A stretch of 64,000 nt of DNA from Marsupella aquatica (GCA_973895155.1 OZ316894.1:26335240-26399239), one strand, 5' to 3'. Counted from the stretch's first letter, positions 36,971 to 51,445 are shown. Notes: generated by a model from the sequence alone, not told the origin. Translations and numbers: made by a program.

Positions 36971-37826
36971 ATGATGTATATTGTCTATCTTGTGTTAGAT
37001 GGGTCTGCTTTTAGTTTCAAGACAAACAAACAAAAAATGGACAGAAACTTAGTGTCATCACAATGGTGTCAAATACAGGTCATTTTAGCAATGAAACTGT
37101 AAAGATTATATCTTTTGCAGCAGTCTATCCAAGCCTTCCCGTCAGCCAATTTTTTCTTGTTTTTCCAAATTAGCCAAAGGTCATTTTAGCGAGGGAACTG
37201 CAAAGAGTATACCAAGCAAATTGCATCTTTTGCAGCAGTCTATCCAAGCCTCCCAACTTGCCATTTTTCCTAGTTTTTTAACAGTAGCCAAGGTGTCCAC
37301 TAGCTCTAGAAGGACATGAACTCTACAAGGAAAGGCCTTTGGCTTAGTTATTCAGTAGGGATAGTCAATTATCTAGTATTTTCTAGTGGTTTATAGTAGT
37401 TTCTGGCTAATCCTCCCCCACCATGGATTTGGTGGTGGTGAATGGGAATATTTCAAATTTTAGCCCTACTACCATGGCTAGCCTGTTTTTTGAAAGGAGG
37501 TTCTTGGCAACTAGTTTGGGGACCCCATCTCCCTATAGAGATTCTTAAATTCGATGAGAGACAAGTACTTGGAAATATTTTTTTAAATGTTATATCAAAG
37601 TTATGTGCAGGGTCATATGCCTTGTTACATGAGTCCTATTGACCACCTATGATTATGCATGTGAACAAAACATGTGGGATTATGGAGCAACTTGGAAGAG
37701 AAGGAATTTGCATCTTGGTATTAGTTCTCATCACGCTTCTCCCTGATTTTGAATTGCTTTTACCTTCATGATCATTGAAGTTAATCTTAATTGTCTAAAT
37801 CAACTTCAATCATATATCCTTTCCAT

Positions 37827-38171
37827 TGTTGAGCATCGACGACAATCGCAACGGCAAGCCCATGAACCATCCAACGCACAAGAGTCAACACAGAGAGATA
37901 CGTGGTTCACCTCCACATGAGGCTACGTCCACGAGAACACACAAGAGCTTTACTGCACTCTAGGTCGACCGGCCATACCAAACATCCACAACACAAGCTC
38001 TCTCTATCTCTCAACTAGCTCCGTAAGAATGAGCCTGAGTTCCACCTCTCCAAGCAAACACCACTTGGTTATAGAGTGTGCACAGCATGACTAACCTAAC
38101 CAAGTCTGCAACTAAGGTTAGCCTTAACTACGGTACAGTCGTAACTCTAGACCTAAGAGTAAATCCTAACA
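37827..38171 (-). repeat. Copia 3' LTR
   Basis: 345-bp direct repeat of 44161-44504. PPT (rev-comp AGTCAAGGGGGAGAT) is adjacent from 38172. Confidence 0.95.
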
Positions 38172-38834
38172 ATCTCCCCCTTGACTCTGGTCTAGGGAGG
38201 GTAAAGACTGCACCCTATATAATTGCTCAGCGGGAAGTTCTGGAAAGAAAAACCAAACTGGTTTTTCCCTCTTTATAAGAGAGTAGACCAGAACTAAGTC
38301 GTAGCCTATACAAGGAATGAGCAAGAGCATATCTCAGTATCTACACAAATATTAAGTAACCCTACTTGTGAGGCAATTGCAAAACCTTGTCGTGTTCATA
38401 CATATCGCTACACAACATACATCGCTTGTCACATACATCCAGACATAGTCACACTGCCACATCACAAACACAAGAGAATGGAATACAAGTGGAACTCATG
38501 TCCACACATGTCCAAAACCCACAATAATCTCCATACAATCGGCACAACGATCCCGGTCAACAATACCCCATCGATCCCGCACCGATCCGATCACACACGT
38601 ATGTCAAGCCAACGCACCTTGCTACTCAAGGAATCCACGTTACACAAGCGGAGCTCACAGCCATCATAGCCACTCAAGCTCCTCTCTCTCCAAGGCTCAA
38701 CATTGAAAGATGACCTTTCAATGCCTCACAAGTGAGAAGTACCCTCTCACACAAACCTGACGGAACCTTATCGGCTCCAATAGCACTCATACCAAATGTA
38801 CATACTCTAATAGCACGATATACTACTACACTAC

Positions 38835-41800
38835 TCAGAATGGTGTGACAACTTGCAACGCATCACGATGTCTAAAAAAACTCTCCAAAGGAATCACTTT
38901 GGTAAAAGCGTCAGCCGGGTTGAGTTTACTGTCAATCTTAACCCTAAACTGATTATCAAACACAGCCTGCCTGATAAAATAGTACTTGACATCGATGTGC
39001 TTCACTCTGCTGTCCATTACCTGGTTCACAGCAAGATGGAGCGCACTCTGACTATCACGATGGAGCTTCACATTCCCCTGTGGCAATCCCATCTCAATGA
39101 TAAGTCTATCCAACCAAATCGCTTCCTTTGCTGCTTCCGCTGCTGCAACATACTCCGCTTCTATAGTAGACTGAGCAATACACTTCTGCAGAGTAGACCT
39201 CCAACTTATGCATCCACCTCCTAATGTGAACACATAACCTGTTGTTGACCTCCTACGATCCAGATCCTGTGCACAGTCAGCATCTACATAGCCCATCAAT
39301 GATCTAGCATTATCAGCATATGCATCAAACAATAGACCATGATCCACGGTACCCTTCAAGTACCGAATAATTCACTTCACTGCTTCCCAGTGTACCTTCC
39401 CTGGATTCGACATGTACTTGCTCACCTTGCCCATAGCCATGGCAAAATCAGGTCTAGTGCAAGTCATCAAATACATGAGACTCCCCACTGCCTTGTCATA
39501 AGGAACCTTTGACATCAGCCCCTTCTCTGTCTCATCCGTAGGACAAAAAGCTGATGACAACTTGAAGTGTGGAGCCAACGGGGTACTCACTGGCTTACTA
39601 TCCCCCATGTTGAACCTTGCAATTATCTTCCTCGCATAACTGCTCTGCGTCAACCATAGCTTACCAGCCTCCAAGTCCCTAGTGATCTCCATACCCAAAA
39701 TCCTCTTAGCTGGCCCTAAGTCCTTCATCTTAAACTTTGCACTTAATTAGTAGTGCCTTGAGCTTAACAATCTCAGACCTATCCTTGGCCGCAATAAGCA
39801 TGTCATCCACATAAAGTACTAAAACAATGAACCCGAAGACAACATTCTTCACCGGTTTAAGATACACACAAGGGTCAAACACACTCCTGTGAAAGCCTTG
39901 TGCACAAATCCAATCATCAAACCGCTTATTCCACTGTCTTGGTGACTGCTTCAACCCGTACAAAGATCTCAACAATCTGCAAACCAAATCCTCTTGCCCT
40001 CTCTTCAGAAAACCTAGCGGCTGTCTCATGAAGATCACCTCTTCCAAGGTGCCATAGAGGAAGGCTGTGACAACATCCATCTGATCTAGCAGTAGACCAA
40101 ACATTACAACAAGCACACACAATAGCCGTATTTTTGAGTACTTAGCAACTAGTGAGAAGACCTCATTGTAATCCACACTTTTTTCCTGTGTGAATCCCTT
40201 GGCTACCAACCTAGCCTTGTAGACCTTCGATCCACCTCCCGTGGATTGATCCTTCAGCTTGTATATCCACTTGTTGTTCCTCAGGCAGCTTGACAAGCTC
40301 CCAAGTTTTGTTGTCCTTCAGTGACTGCATCTCTGTTTGCATTGCTGCAGTCCACTCTTGCTTCTCCTTAGAAGCACTTGCCTCATGAAATGAAGAAGGT
40401 TCCCCTTCTTCTAGTATCAACGCATCACCCTCATCTTCAGTAACAAAATCCTCCTCTTACAACTGAGATGAATCAACCCACTATCCATACCTTGGTGGAG
40501 CGTGTACAGTGCGACCAGATGTTCTTCTAGCCGATGACTCCGGTTGATCTGCGTTAGCTGGTACAATTTGAAGCTCAGCAGCATCCACTTGATGCTCAGC
40601 AGCATCAACAAACTCCTCTGGTTCCTGTGGCACAGGAACCAGCTCCATAATTGGAGCAACTTCTTCTCTCCGGTCATGCACCTCATGACCAATCTCCCCC
40701 TCAACGAGATCCGGGATAGGAGATTTTCTTTTGTCAGTACGGAAGACCTGAGTATTCTCCCCCTCCTTCAATAATCTGGATTCGTTGAAGGAAACATCCT
40801 TACTAACAACCAGCTTACAGGCAATAGGATCCCATAGCCTATAGGCTTTCACACCACTCTGGTACCCAAGAAAAACACATTTCTTGGAGGTAGGATCCAA
40901 CTTGGTCCTATTCTGCTTTGGTGTGAGAGCATATGCATAACTTCCAAAAACTACCAAGCCATGATAGTCTGCTTGCCACTTATAGCGCATCTCAAACGGC
41001 TTTTTGAAATTGATAGCACTAGAAGGAGAAAGATTTACCAAATAAGTTGCAGTATTGACAGCTTCTGCCCAAAATTCTTGTGGTAAACTGGATTGGCTCA
41101 ACATACTTCGTGATCGCTCCAATAGTGGCCGATTGAGCCTCTCAGCGACACCATTCTGTTGCGGAGTATAAACTATGGTGAGATGATGAGTTATCCCCTG
41201 TTCTGAATAGTACTCTTCAAATTCCATTGAAGTGTACTCCCCGCCGTTGTCTGACCTCAGACTCTTCACCCTTGTATCCAAACACTTGACCGTGTTTCCA
41301 ATCTGATTCTCCATCTGGGCCTTCCACTTCTTAAAAATGGATAAGACATCAGACTTATGCGTCATGAAATAAATTCACACAAATCTTGAGTAATCGTCAA
41401 TAAATGATACATAGTATAACTTTCCAGAGTGTGAGGGAGTCGAGGATGGACCCCAGTCGAGGATGGACCCCATACGTCACTATGTATGTACTCAAGAACC
41501 GTCTTGGAACGATGTGTTCCAACACCAAAAGCACGACGATGCTGCTTTCCAAGAATGCAATGCTCACAGAACTCTAATTTACTAGATTGCAAATTAGAAA
41601 TGAGTCCATTCTTCTGTAAGATAGCCAAACACTTCTCACTCATGTGGCCTAGCCATGAATGCCACAGATGAGTCATCTCCTCGTGAGACTTGGTTATATT
41701 GGCCTCTCCACATACAGTATTGCCCTGCAACACATACAAATTCTTCTGTCTGTTCCCCTTCAAGATCACTGTCTCTCCCGACCTGACTTGAAGTTCACCA

Positions 41801-43145
41801 TCAATAACGCTCCATTGATGACCATTTGAATCCAACACACCCAATGAGATCAGATTCTTACGCATGCCAGGTACATACCTGACTCCGGACACTGTGCGCA
41901 CAGTGCCATCAAATATTTGAATCTTCACAGACCCAATACCCTCAATTTGACAGGAGTGATCATTTCTCATCAGAACTACACCGTTTGAAACAGAGTAAGA
42001 ACTGAAAAACTCTCGAATGTAACAAATGTGAAAAGAGCAAGCACAATCAAGAATCCACACATCATCTGCTCTCCTAGATGACGTGCACAGGGCATACCCC
42101 TAGCTTCATAATACATACTCATCATTGAGTAAATCAGCATCTCCATCAGCCCTAGCCACATTTGCCGATGAAGATTCAGATGCCTTTCCCTTACAGTCTC
42201 GCTTGAAGTGTCCAACTTGGTTGCACTTCCAACATGTCACATGCCTTCTCTGAGGGGATTTGCCTCTGGACTTAGATCTGGATTTAGATCTAAACTGGGT
42301 TCTATGGTCCCCAGTTGGTCGCTGCATACTCCTCCCACGGTTAACATTGAGGGCAGCACCAGAGGATGAAGGCTGTGATGTGATGTGCACTTCTGCTGAA
42401 GATCATCACTAAGCAAAGAACTTACCACGTCATTGTATGAAATGGTATCCCTATCACGATGCAACAACACCCGTGATAGGGATTGGTAAGATGGAGGCAA
42501 TGAACTGAGAAGCTGCAGAGCCTTCGTCTCATCATTCAAAGTCTCCCCAAGGTTTTCCAAGTCAACGACCATGTCGTTGAAAGCATCCACATGGTCCTGC
42601 AACTTCATACCGGATTCTTTCATCCTGAAACTCATCAGTTTATAGGAAGTATAGAGCCGGTTCGACAACTTCTTGCGATGATATTTGCTCTGCAATTCCG
42701 CAAATAAGGACATGCAGTCCTTATGTGCACCCAACTGCTTGATGATGGGAGGCATGAGATAGAGTGTAACACACCACACTCCCTGCTCCAGCATGCGGTC
42801 CTATTATTTCTCATCAACATCGTCTTCACGAGGGCTTAGCAGTTGGCCCATCCCTGAAGCATAGAGCACTCCCTTCACCTGCTTCTCCTAGAGCAAGTAG
42901 TCAGATCGCCCATCATACTTTGTCACTTCATACTTGGGTCCCCCAAGCTTGAATGTACCCATCTTCTTCTTTGGCACTACCGTGAGCTCCGGTAGTAGAA
43001 CAGCTTCCTCCACCACTCGTCGCACCGGTGATGGTGCCGGTGTCACGTGCTCTTCCTCCTGCTCCTCTCTCTCCACCTCAAACCGCCGCGATGATCCTCG
43101 TGCTTCAAGTTCCACGTCTTCAAAAATCTCCTCTGAATCACTCAT
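38835..43145 (-). pseudogene. Copia gag-pol polyprotein, frameshifted
   Basis: Gag/UBN2 region, zinc knuckle CWKCNQVGHFKRDC, protease WILDCACSFH, GAG-pre-integrase LWH..LGHMS, integrase LRSDNGGEY...TPQQNGVAER, RT KARLVAKGFTQ...YVDDML, and RNase H GYVDAD...RSTTGY...KHIDVKY. It is split over at least 7 ORFs. Confidence 0.95.
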
Positions 43146-44146
43146 ATGAGAAAATCACGAAAAAATGACGTTTTTCACAACTTCTCAAAAAACTCAAAAC
43201 TAATCACCGCTGCGTAGCCCACGAGGCTAGGAGTCCACGAGGCTCCCCCTGGTCACATCGGATAGCTCTTGGAGCGAAGCGCCCTCGGGTCGCCCTTGGA
43301 GCGAGGCTCCCTTTAAGTCGCCCTCTAAAACCCTATTGCTACAAAAATCCCGCCGCAATTCCCGGACAAAGTTACTGTTCACTAACTTTGTCATTTTCCT
43401 TGTGCCCTAGGTCGCCGTCGCACCTCACCTCTCCGCGGTGCGCAAAGTTGCCGTAGGAAACACAATTTGCCAACATCCAACATTGCTTGTTGCTGCCAAT
43501 TCCACGAGTAAAAATGATGATCGCCGATGGGGAAAAGTTGCCGAATTGCACCGGCATAATCTGCGAGCTCAGTAGAGAAAAAATCTTCCGTCGTGTCACA
43601 TTCACTCCGCGTCAAGTGCCAATCCCGGACTCAAAATGACCGTCTTGACGCGATCAAAACATTGAGCCATAGCATTTTGCGTTTCTTCCTCCAAGATGGA
43701 CGTGACGACGAGTAACCCGGTTCAGATGAAAACAAGCTCCATAGCCTGTGAAAAAATCTGAACGTCTCCTTCACTCGTCATGACGCACTCGGTAACCATT
43801 CGACAGCAACTCAACTACCAAAATGAACAGCTCGCTTTAACCTCCAACATGAACTATAACATGCGACGCCTCCTGCACCGCACAACTCAAACCATTGAAA
43901 AAATGATCTCTGGTTTCTCCCCTGAAATACCGTCGAACACAAAAAAACTCCAGATCGACGCAAACTTTGATTCCTCCGCACCACGGATACCGATCAGCGA
44001 GTTCTAACCACCGTTAGAAAGACCTCTCACTAATCTATCCGTTCAGCCACACACATTCAAGTTTCATGCGACGAAACTCTGAATGTAACACCGACAATGA
44101 ACGCTGGAAAACCGTCACAAAAAAGACCTCGTCACCTCCTAGGCAT

Positions 44147-44158
44147 GCTCTGATACCA
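44147..44158 (-). promoter_or_regulatory. Primer-binding site complementary to tRNA-iMet
   Basis: gctctgatacca is the reverse complement of TGGTATCAGAGC and lies 2 bp inside the 5' LTR. Confidence 0.9.
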
Positions 44159-44160
44159 AT

Positions 44161-44504
44161 TGTTGAGCATCGACAACAATCGCAACGGCAAGCCCATGAA
44201 CCATCCAACGCACAAGAGTCAACACATAGAGATACGTGGTTCACCTCCACATGAGGCTACGTCCACGGGAACACACAATAGCTTTACTGCACTCTAGGCC
44301 GACCGGCCATACCAAGCATCCACAGCACAAGCTCTCTCTATCTCTCAACTAGCTCCGTAAGAATGAGCTTGAGTTCCACCTCTCCAAGCAAACACCACTT
44401 GGTTATAGAGTGTGCACAGCATGACTAACTAACCAAGTCTGCAACTAAGGTTAGCCTTAACTACGGTACAGTCATAACTCTAGACCTAAGAGTAAATCCT
44501 AACA
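44161..44504 (-). repeat. Copia 5' LTR
   Basis: 344-bp repeat of 37827-38171, followed by the TSD tccat. Confidence 0.95.
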
Positions 44505-46935
44505 TCCATGTGGCCAGTCATGATTTATCTCCTACTTATTTTCAAATCATTATCTAATTATGAACCCAACCCAAACATTCCAATACAGGAATGTCATTTC
44601 CCTATTCTTTTTTCATTCCTTTCAATTTTATTGTCCATAACTTGGAAGTTTGAGTTCAAATGGCACTCAACCCATTTCTCAAACTTATAAGAACCAAATG
44701 GGTTGAGGGCCCATAGTCTTGTTGGTAATGAAAAAATCTGCCAATGTTAGATTCATTTTCAATGCTATGATTGTCTAAAATGCCGCCAAAAGTGTTCAGC
44801 ACAAGAGGTTCATTGAGAGATGAGTGGGAAACAAGATCATGATTTTCTTAATTTCTGCTGGTTTTGAATGAGCATCAAGTTCGTACATTTTGTCAAATAC
44901 CAAGTAAATCATGAGTTAAATTCCAAATTTTCTAGGTTTCCAATGAGCCTCAGATTGACAAATTTTGTCAAGTTCCAAATGAGTTTTTGAATTTTCTTTT
45001 GTCTTTCCAATGAGTGACAATAATAAATTTTGATCATGAGTTCATGAATTCTTAGCTTTCCAACATTGAGTCTGACATTGACAAATTTCATGACAGATTT
45101 TGTCACGGTACTAATTAAAGAGATCATGAGGTTTTCAATTTCTCTAGCTTTCTAATGTGTGACATTGAGAGTATTTGTAAATAATTAGAGAGATCATGAG
45201 TATCCAAATTTCTCTAGCTTTCCAATGTACCTAACATTGATAGATTTTGTCAAGTACTAAGATGACCATGAGTTTCTAGTTTTGCTCTAGCTTTCCAGTG
45301 AGTGTGACATTGAGAGATTTTATCAAGGCAATACTAAAGAGGTCAAGAGTTTCTAAATCTCGATCTTGAGCATTCCAATGAATCTATTGACAGATTTCAC
45401 CAAGTACTAAGGAAATTGATTATTTAGTTTTACAATGTGGAGCCAAAGGGGTTCTAACTATGTACATATATTTTTGTTGATTGGTTTTTTCAAATTTGCA
45501 AACAATTAAAAAGTACAAGCGTTTTTATGTAAAACATTGATATATCATTGACAACACGTCATAATGGTAACTTTGTTTTACTAAATTGTTTGTTGTTCTA
45601 GAATTTATCTTTCTGTTTTTTTATCCTTTTATTATTACCGAGTATAACTGTTTTTTGTTGCCTTGCATCAAACACAAACTGTTGTGTTTGCTCCTTGTTG
45701 AAAATATCATTGTTCCTGTTTGTGAGTGAAACTGATGATGTGGCTCAACATGGTGCTACAAATTTTGGAAGGAGCTTCCCATGGGGTCCGTAAATATTTG
45801 GTCAGAAAGAGCAAATATCCAGGCAAATAAACTCACCGGCAGTCCATGAGAGCTTCAACTTGACTCCCTTCAGAGGGTTGTAGAACAAAATGGCATCACC
45901 AAAACAAACAAAAAATTGAACCCTTCTATGTTTCTATAGTCATCTCGTTCTAAGAGCACACTGGATGTATGCACTTGACCAAAGTTTGCATGACATGATA
46001 AATGCAAGATTGTGGAATTGTGCACTTATCCATAAGAATTCCCATGTGCAATGGGCTCCTTTGTCCGAGGACATTAACATGACTCTCACCCTGAAATGTG
46101 TGTCCCTGCCCTAAAACATGATCCCCTATTCCATAAGTGCAATTCTTACTCTACCAAACATGCATGCACTTAACAGTAAGTTTAAATTGATGGAATAGTG
46201 CGCTTACCCAATAATTGTTCATGTACACTCATCAAACTTAAGGTTTGCACCTTTATAAATATAGTTTAGCAAAATATGTTTGGCCTGTTTGAACATACTA
46301 AAAGTGCAAAAAATGCAATCTCCACAAGGAACAAGGGAACATGGAAGACTTGCAGCTAGCCAAGGCTTGTACTTATAGAGTGTGCACTATAGAGAACCAA
46401 CTGTTATTCTGAAGTTCAAGTGTGAACAAATATTTTGTCAGGCCAGTAGTTTTTAATACTAGTGTGATTGTGGCATGAATAACATCACAGGGTTCTTTCT
46501 ATCGACATAAATTTTGGTGGGGCCCTAGAGTATGGTCTAGAGGCTTCTCATTGCAATTTATTAATAAGATGTATATAGTACACCTGCATCAAGGGCCTTG
46601 TGGTCTATGATGCCCAAGCATAAAGGGCTACAACATAAGTTTTGAGGGGCTTTTATTGCTCTCAATGCCTTTGTACCCATTAATCCCTCAAAGATTTTCT
46701 TCTCTTATTTTTCTTTTTTTTCACTCTTGGAGACTAGATACAAGCTAGTATTTTATTTTCTTTACAGACCCCCATGGGAAACTCCTTCCAAAATTTCTAG
46801 CACCACGTGGAGCCAAGTTATGAGTTTCATTCACAAACAAGAACAATGATGTTTTCAACAAGGAGCAAACACAACAGTTCGTGTTTGATGCAAGGCAACA
46901 AAAAACAGTTATACCTGGTAACAATAAAAAGATAA

Positions 46936-48110
46936 TTAATCCGTGGACCTCTATGTTTTTTTAGAGGCTGTTATCTAGAAACTGAAGCCTAGATGGACCT
47001 CCAAATCTAAAGAAAAAAAATTCAAAAATGGACAAGTCAATGTTTGACGCTTGAAACAGTTGCCAAACTTACCAAGGCAACCATAATTAACATCAATCAC
47101 AAAACCAGCTGCAATGTGAACTACTATTTAATGTGTGGGTAACTTAATTGCCCACTTTGGCAAAACGATGCTCGCTGGTTTCCTCCACGGTATCGACTAT
47201 CGAAGGGATGTTGGATGCACTCGAGTTGCATTGAAAGTAATCACTTTTCAATTCTTACACGCAGATAGACGAAAAGAGAGAAGTCATCGGTGTCATCAAA
47301 TCACTAACTTTGCATAATTGTTTAAGACAAAAAAATTCATGGAAACAAATCTCCAATTATGGAATTCAGAATTGATCGAAAGCTAGAGAAAGCTAAAGAA
47401 ATTTAGAAACTCATGACCACTTTAGTACTTGATAAAATCTTCCAATGTCACACTCATTGGAAAGCTAGAGAACTTTGGAAACTTATAATCTCCTCAGAAC
47501 TCAACTAAATGCAATGTTAAGTTCATTAAAAAGCTAAAGAAATTCTAAAATTCATAATATTCTTAGTACCCGATAAAATCTGTCAATTTTAGGTTCATTC
47601 TCATCGAAGGGGTCAACATTTCAGGGGTTGTACAACATAAATTTTTATTTCACGTTAGAGATTACAAAATCATGGGTAAAATTTATTTTTCAAATTACTT
47701 ACTCAATTCTTATCGAATGGTGACAATGCTGAGCTCATTAGGACCGTCTCTTCAAGATCTTTCAAACGCCATATTATACGTGAGTTTTCATTATGATTTG
47801 ACTTAGCAATGTCAAATCAAAAATTGCTGTCGGGAAAACTTTATGTTTTGAATAAAATCAAAATGTAAATAAAACTGTTACTGGGAGCAGTTTTACCTCA
47901 ATCATTTTGTCTTTTGATTTGCATGTCAGTTTTTTTACATTCTTTTTTATGGCATGGCGTCCCAGTTTTTACAGCAAAGTTGCCACAAACACGAATGCAA
48001 AAGTTAATTTTATCCAAAAACAAGTCTCTTCCTGTTTGAAGCATGTCATGATGATGTGGCGCGCTGTGAAGCCAGGAATTTTGGAAAGGACCCCTAATAG
48101 GGGTTCCTAA
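46936..48110 (+). mobile_element. Family copy C (~1.17 kb) inserted in copy B at TAA
   Basis: gaTAA|ttaatccgtggacc...ggacccctaataggggttccTAA|aaaatac. It is a close direct-repeat homolog of copy E. Confidence 0.75.
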
Positions 48111-49045
48111 AAAATACAAGGGCAAAGTCTAGAACAACAAACAATTAGATAAAACAAAGTTACCATTATGATGTGTTGTCATCAGTGTTTTATATCAAAA
48201 TGCTTGTATTTTTTAATTTTTTGCAAGTTTGAAACAACCAATTGACAAAAATGTAAATTATTAGAACCCCTTTGGCTCTACACTATGAGAATAATTAGTC
48301 CATGGACCCCTTGTTGATCCGAGGAATGGATGTCTGATCAAGTAATTCTCTCGTCACGGTTAGAGAAAGTCATCTCCTTGTTCAGCGGCTTGGATCCTCT
48401 TGGATTTAATTGGCCATCCCAATCCTAGCTCGGCTGATGTTGTAAGAATAACAAATGTTGTAGTGAGTGGAAGCTTGGTTATGTAGGCTTGCAAGGAAAT
48501 CAATTTGCCACTACATATTCGTGTGGAACGTTCCATGTGCGATTTTAAACTACTTGTGTGACATGGTTTCTCCATCCATTTGATAGAAAAAATTTAGATC
48601 AGAGGTACATTTTTGTAGTTAGGATGTGCATTCTTGTGCAATAATTGTTTGTCTTATGTACGTTAGATCTTTAGTTGATTTGATCAAGTGCTTTGAAAGA
48701 GACTAAACCTATCCTTAAAGGTCGTGCATCTTTTTGTGCAAGTTTAGACTAAAAAACATCTAGCCCTGAAATCGCAACCCGGCTTGAATTGTTCGCATCC
48801 CTCCAAGCTCACTCTGTACACAGGTTGATGCCAAATGCAGCCTCTATGTCAAAGAAACAAACATTGACCAGTCTCCCCCTTACACCATAGCTTTCTTAAA
48901 TAAAAAACTACAATCCTTCATGTGAAGTGATGGCTCCTTCATTTTGTGCGTTGTTCCCACTGAATCGACAAACGCTCTTTCGCCAACAGCTGAATGTTAT
49001 CCTCCAATCTGTCTTATGATAGTAATGTTCAATGTAACTCACAAA

Positions 49046-50185
49046 TTAATCCGTGGACCCCCATGTTATTTGAGAGACAGTTATCTAGAAATTGAGCCTA
49101 GATGGACCTCCAAATCTAAAGAAAAAAATTCAGAAATGGACAAGTCACTGTTTGACAATTGAAATAGTTGCCAAGGCAACCATAATTAACATCAATTGCA
49201 AAACCAACTGCAATGTGAACTAATGTTTAATGTCAGGGTAGCTTAATTGCCCAATTAAGCAAAACGGTGCTCGATAGCTTCCTCCACGGTACCGAAGGGA
49301 TGCTAGATGCACTCAAGTTGCATCGAAAGTAATCATTTTCAATTCCTACACGTAGATAGACGAAGAGAGAGAAGTCATCGGTGTCATCAAATCACTAACT
49401 TTGCATAATCATTTAAGACAAAATTTCATGGAAACAAATCTCCAATTGTGGAATTCGGAACTAATCGAAAGCTAGAGAAATTTAGAAACTCATGACCACT
49501 TTAGTACTTGATAAAATCTCCTAATGTTACACTCATTGGAAAGCTAAAGAACATTGGAAACTTACAATCTCCTCAAAACTCAACGAAATCTATCAATGTT
49601 AAGTTCATTAAAAAACTAAAGAAATTCTAAAATTCATAATCTCCTTAGTACTTGATAAAATCTGTCAATTTTAGGTTCATTCTCATGGAAGGGGTCAACA
49701 TTTAAGGGGTTGTACAACAAAGATTTCTATTCACGTTAGAGATTATAAAATCACGGGTAAATTTAACTTTTCAAATTTCTTACTCAATTCTTACCGAATG
49801 ATGACAATGTTGAGCTCATCAGGACCCTCTCTTCAAGATCTTTCTAATGCCATATTACATGTGAGTTTTCATTATGATTTGACTCAACAATGTCAAATCA
49901 AAAATTGTTACCGGGAAATTTTGTATGTTTTAAATAAAATCAAAATGTAAATAAAACCGTTATTTGGAGTAGTTTTACCTCAATCTTTTTGTCTTTTGAT
50001 TTACATGTCAATTTTTTACATTCTTTTTTACGGCGTCCCAGTTTTTACAGCAAACTTGCCACAAACATGAATGCAAAAGTTAATTTTGTCCAAAAACAAG
50101 TCTCTTCCTGTTTGCAACATGCCATGATGATGTGGCACTCCGTGGAGCCAGGGAATTTTGCAAAGGACCTAATGGGGGCCCGTAA
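49046..50185 (+). mobile_element. Family copy E (~1.14 kb)
   Basis: ttaatccgtggacccccatg...atgggggcccgtaa. It is colinear with copy C over its full length. Confidence 0.75.
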
Positions 50186-50889
50186 CAATCAATCAGGAAT
50201 GGTAAAAATAAGATTTCTCCAATGTGTAAGCAAAAACCGTCAAAAAACTCAATTCCTCCACATTCAACCTTCCGTTTGATAAATTTCCTCTATCTTTTGA
50301 GTGTTCTATCTCATTTGTACAAGCACACACCAAGACCATCGGGAGACTCAAACCCGTCAGTTACCGCCTTGCTGAAAAATTGATTTTACTTCATTACACA
50401 CACATTCCTTGGATGAACATGGGGTCCACAGATTAATTTATATAGTTTAAAGGGAAAGAGAGGTTAGGTTTCCAAAAGTTTTTTAATTTTTTGGATCATA
50501 TCTAAATAATGCAATGTCCAACAAAATAAACAAAAATAAATGCATGATGCCAATTGGACAAAGTGGTCTAGAAATTGGAGAAAGAGAGTGCCTATGGTTG
50601 GAGGTGTACTGATATAATTGGTTAATTATGCAAGTTACAAAAATCTTGGGGATGTTTCAAAATCTTATGTAAAGAAGGTGTATTTGCAACTGCCTGGGGA
50701 GGACCAAGGTAATTTGGGGGTGTTATACAATGGCCTGACTAGAATTGCACAATCATGTAAACAAACAGCAGCTGCATGCAGTATACTGTGGACTCTCCCA
50801 TTGGGTCACTTGATTCCTCATACCATAATAAACCACATTATTTTTCTATATCACTAATGTTGTTCCTTCTACTTATCCAGGTGCAACGT

Positions 50890-51445
50890 TTTGATGTACA
50901 ACTACCTGAATGCTATGCCACTTGAGCATGTTGGATTCTGGATGAATGTGAATCTTGTTTGGGTTTTGTCTTGAGTTGGCATCAGTCCAAGTTTTACCAC
51001 CATTCACGGAGACATCAACACGCTCTATGCCACACCCTCCTCCAATCAATGCATCGCCACTAATCTTAACCTGAAGTTCATCACCCATTGCTCCATGATC
51101 AATATAGTGATTCCATTCATCCACGATATACAATATAGCATTGAAAACGGCCATTTTATCCTCCGAACCTATAGTAGATTTGTTTTTCATAATGGCCATG
51201 TCACCTATGGAGGGAATGCTTTTGTTAATGGACTCCTAGATTGGAGACCTGTACAATTCATTCATTCTCTGATGAGTGGAACTAGGGAAATGAGGATCCT
51301 TCTACAGTGCTTGATCTGAATTCAATAACTACCTTGGATGCAATAGAACAGTAAGATAAACTAAGAAGCAAAAAGCAAGACCAGAATTTCCAAAGACTGA
51401 CCTGTGCACAGAGGAGTCCTCCTTGCACCGATCTTTGTGTAAACA
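50890..51445 (-). pseudogene. Captured sulfite oxidase (Mo-co dimerisation domain) exon fragments
   Basis: After an AG acceptor, the exon starting at 51070 reads VKISGDALIGGGCGIERVDVSVNGGKTWTDA, matching plant SO VSGYAxSGGGRGIERVDVSxDGGKTW. Upstream remnants DRCKE and a DFPVQ-like exon end with a GT donor lie near 51400-51440. Confidence 0.75.

Larger units (their letters stand above)
37827..44504 (-). mobile_element. Full-length Ty1/Copia LTR retrotransposon (Tnt1/Tork-like) with disrupted coding region
   Basis: LTRs are at 37827-38171 and 44161-44504 (TG...CA; I counted ~9 substitutions and 1 indel). TCCAT TSD is on both sides. The PBS is TGGTATCAGAGC and the PPT adjoins the 3' LTR. Domain order is gag-PR-INT-RT-RH. 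Confidence 0.97.
37511..45793 (+). mobile_element. GGACCCC/GGGGTCC-family non-autonomous element, copy A (~1.6 kb net, interrupted by Copia)
   Basis: It starts ctagtttggggacccc and ends catggggtccgtaa. After removing insertions it is reverse-complement homologous to copy B along its whole length. An internal ~60-bp minisatellite lies at ~44880-45420. Confidence 0.7.
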
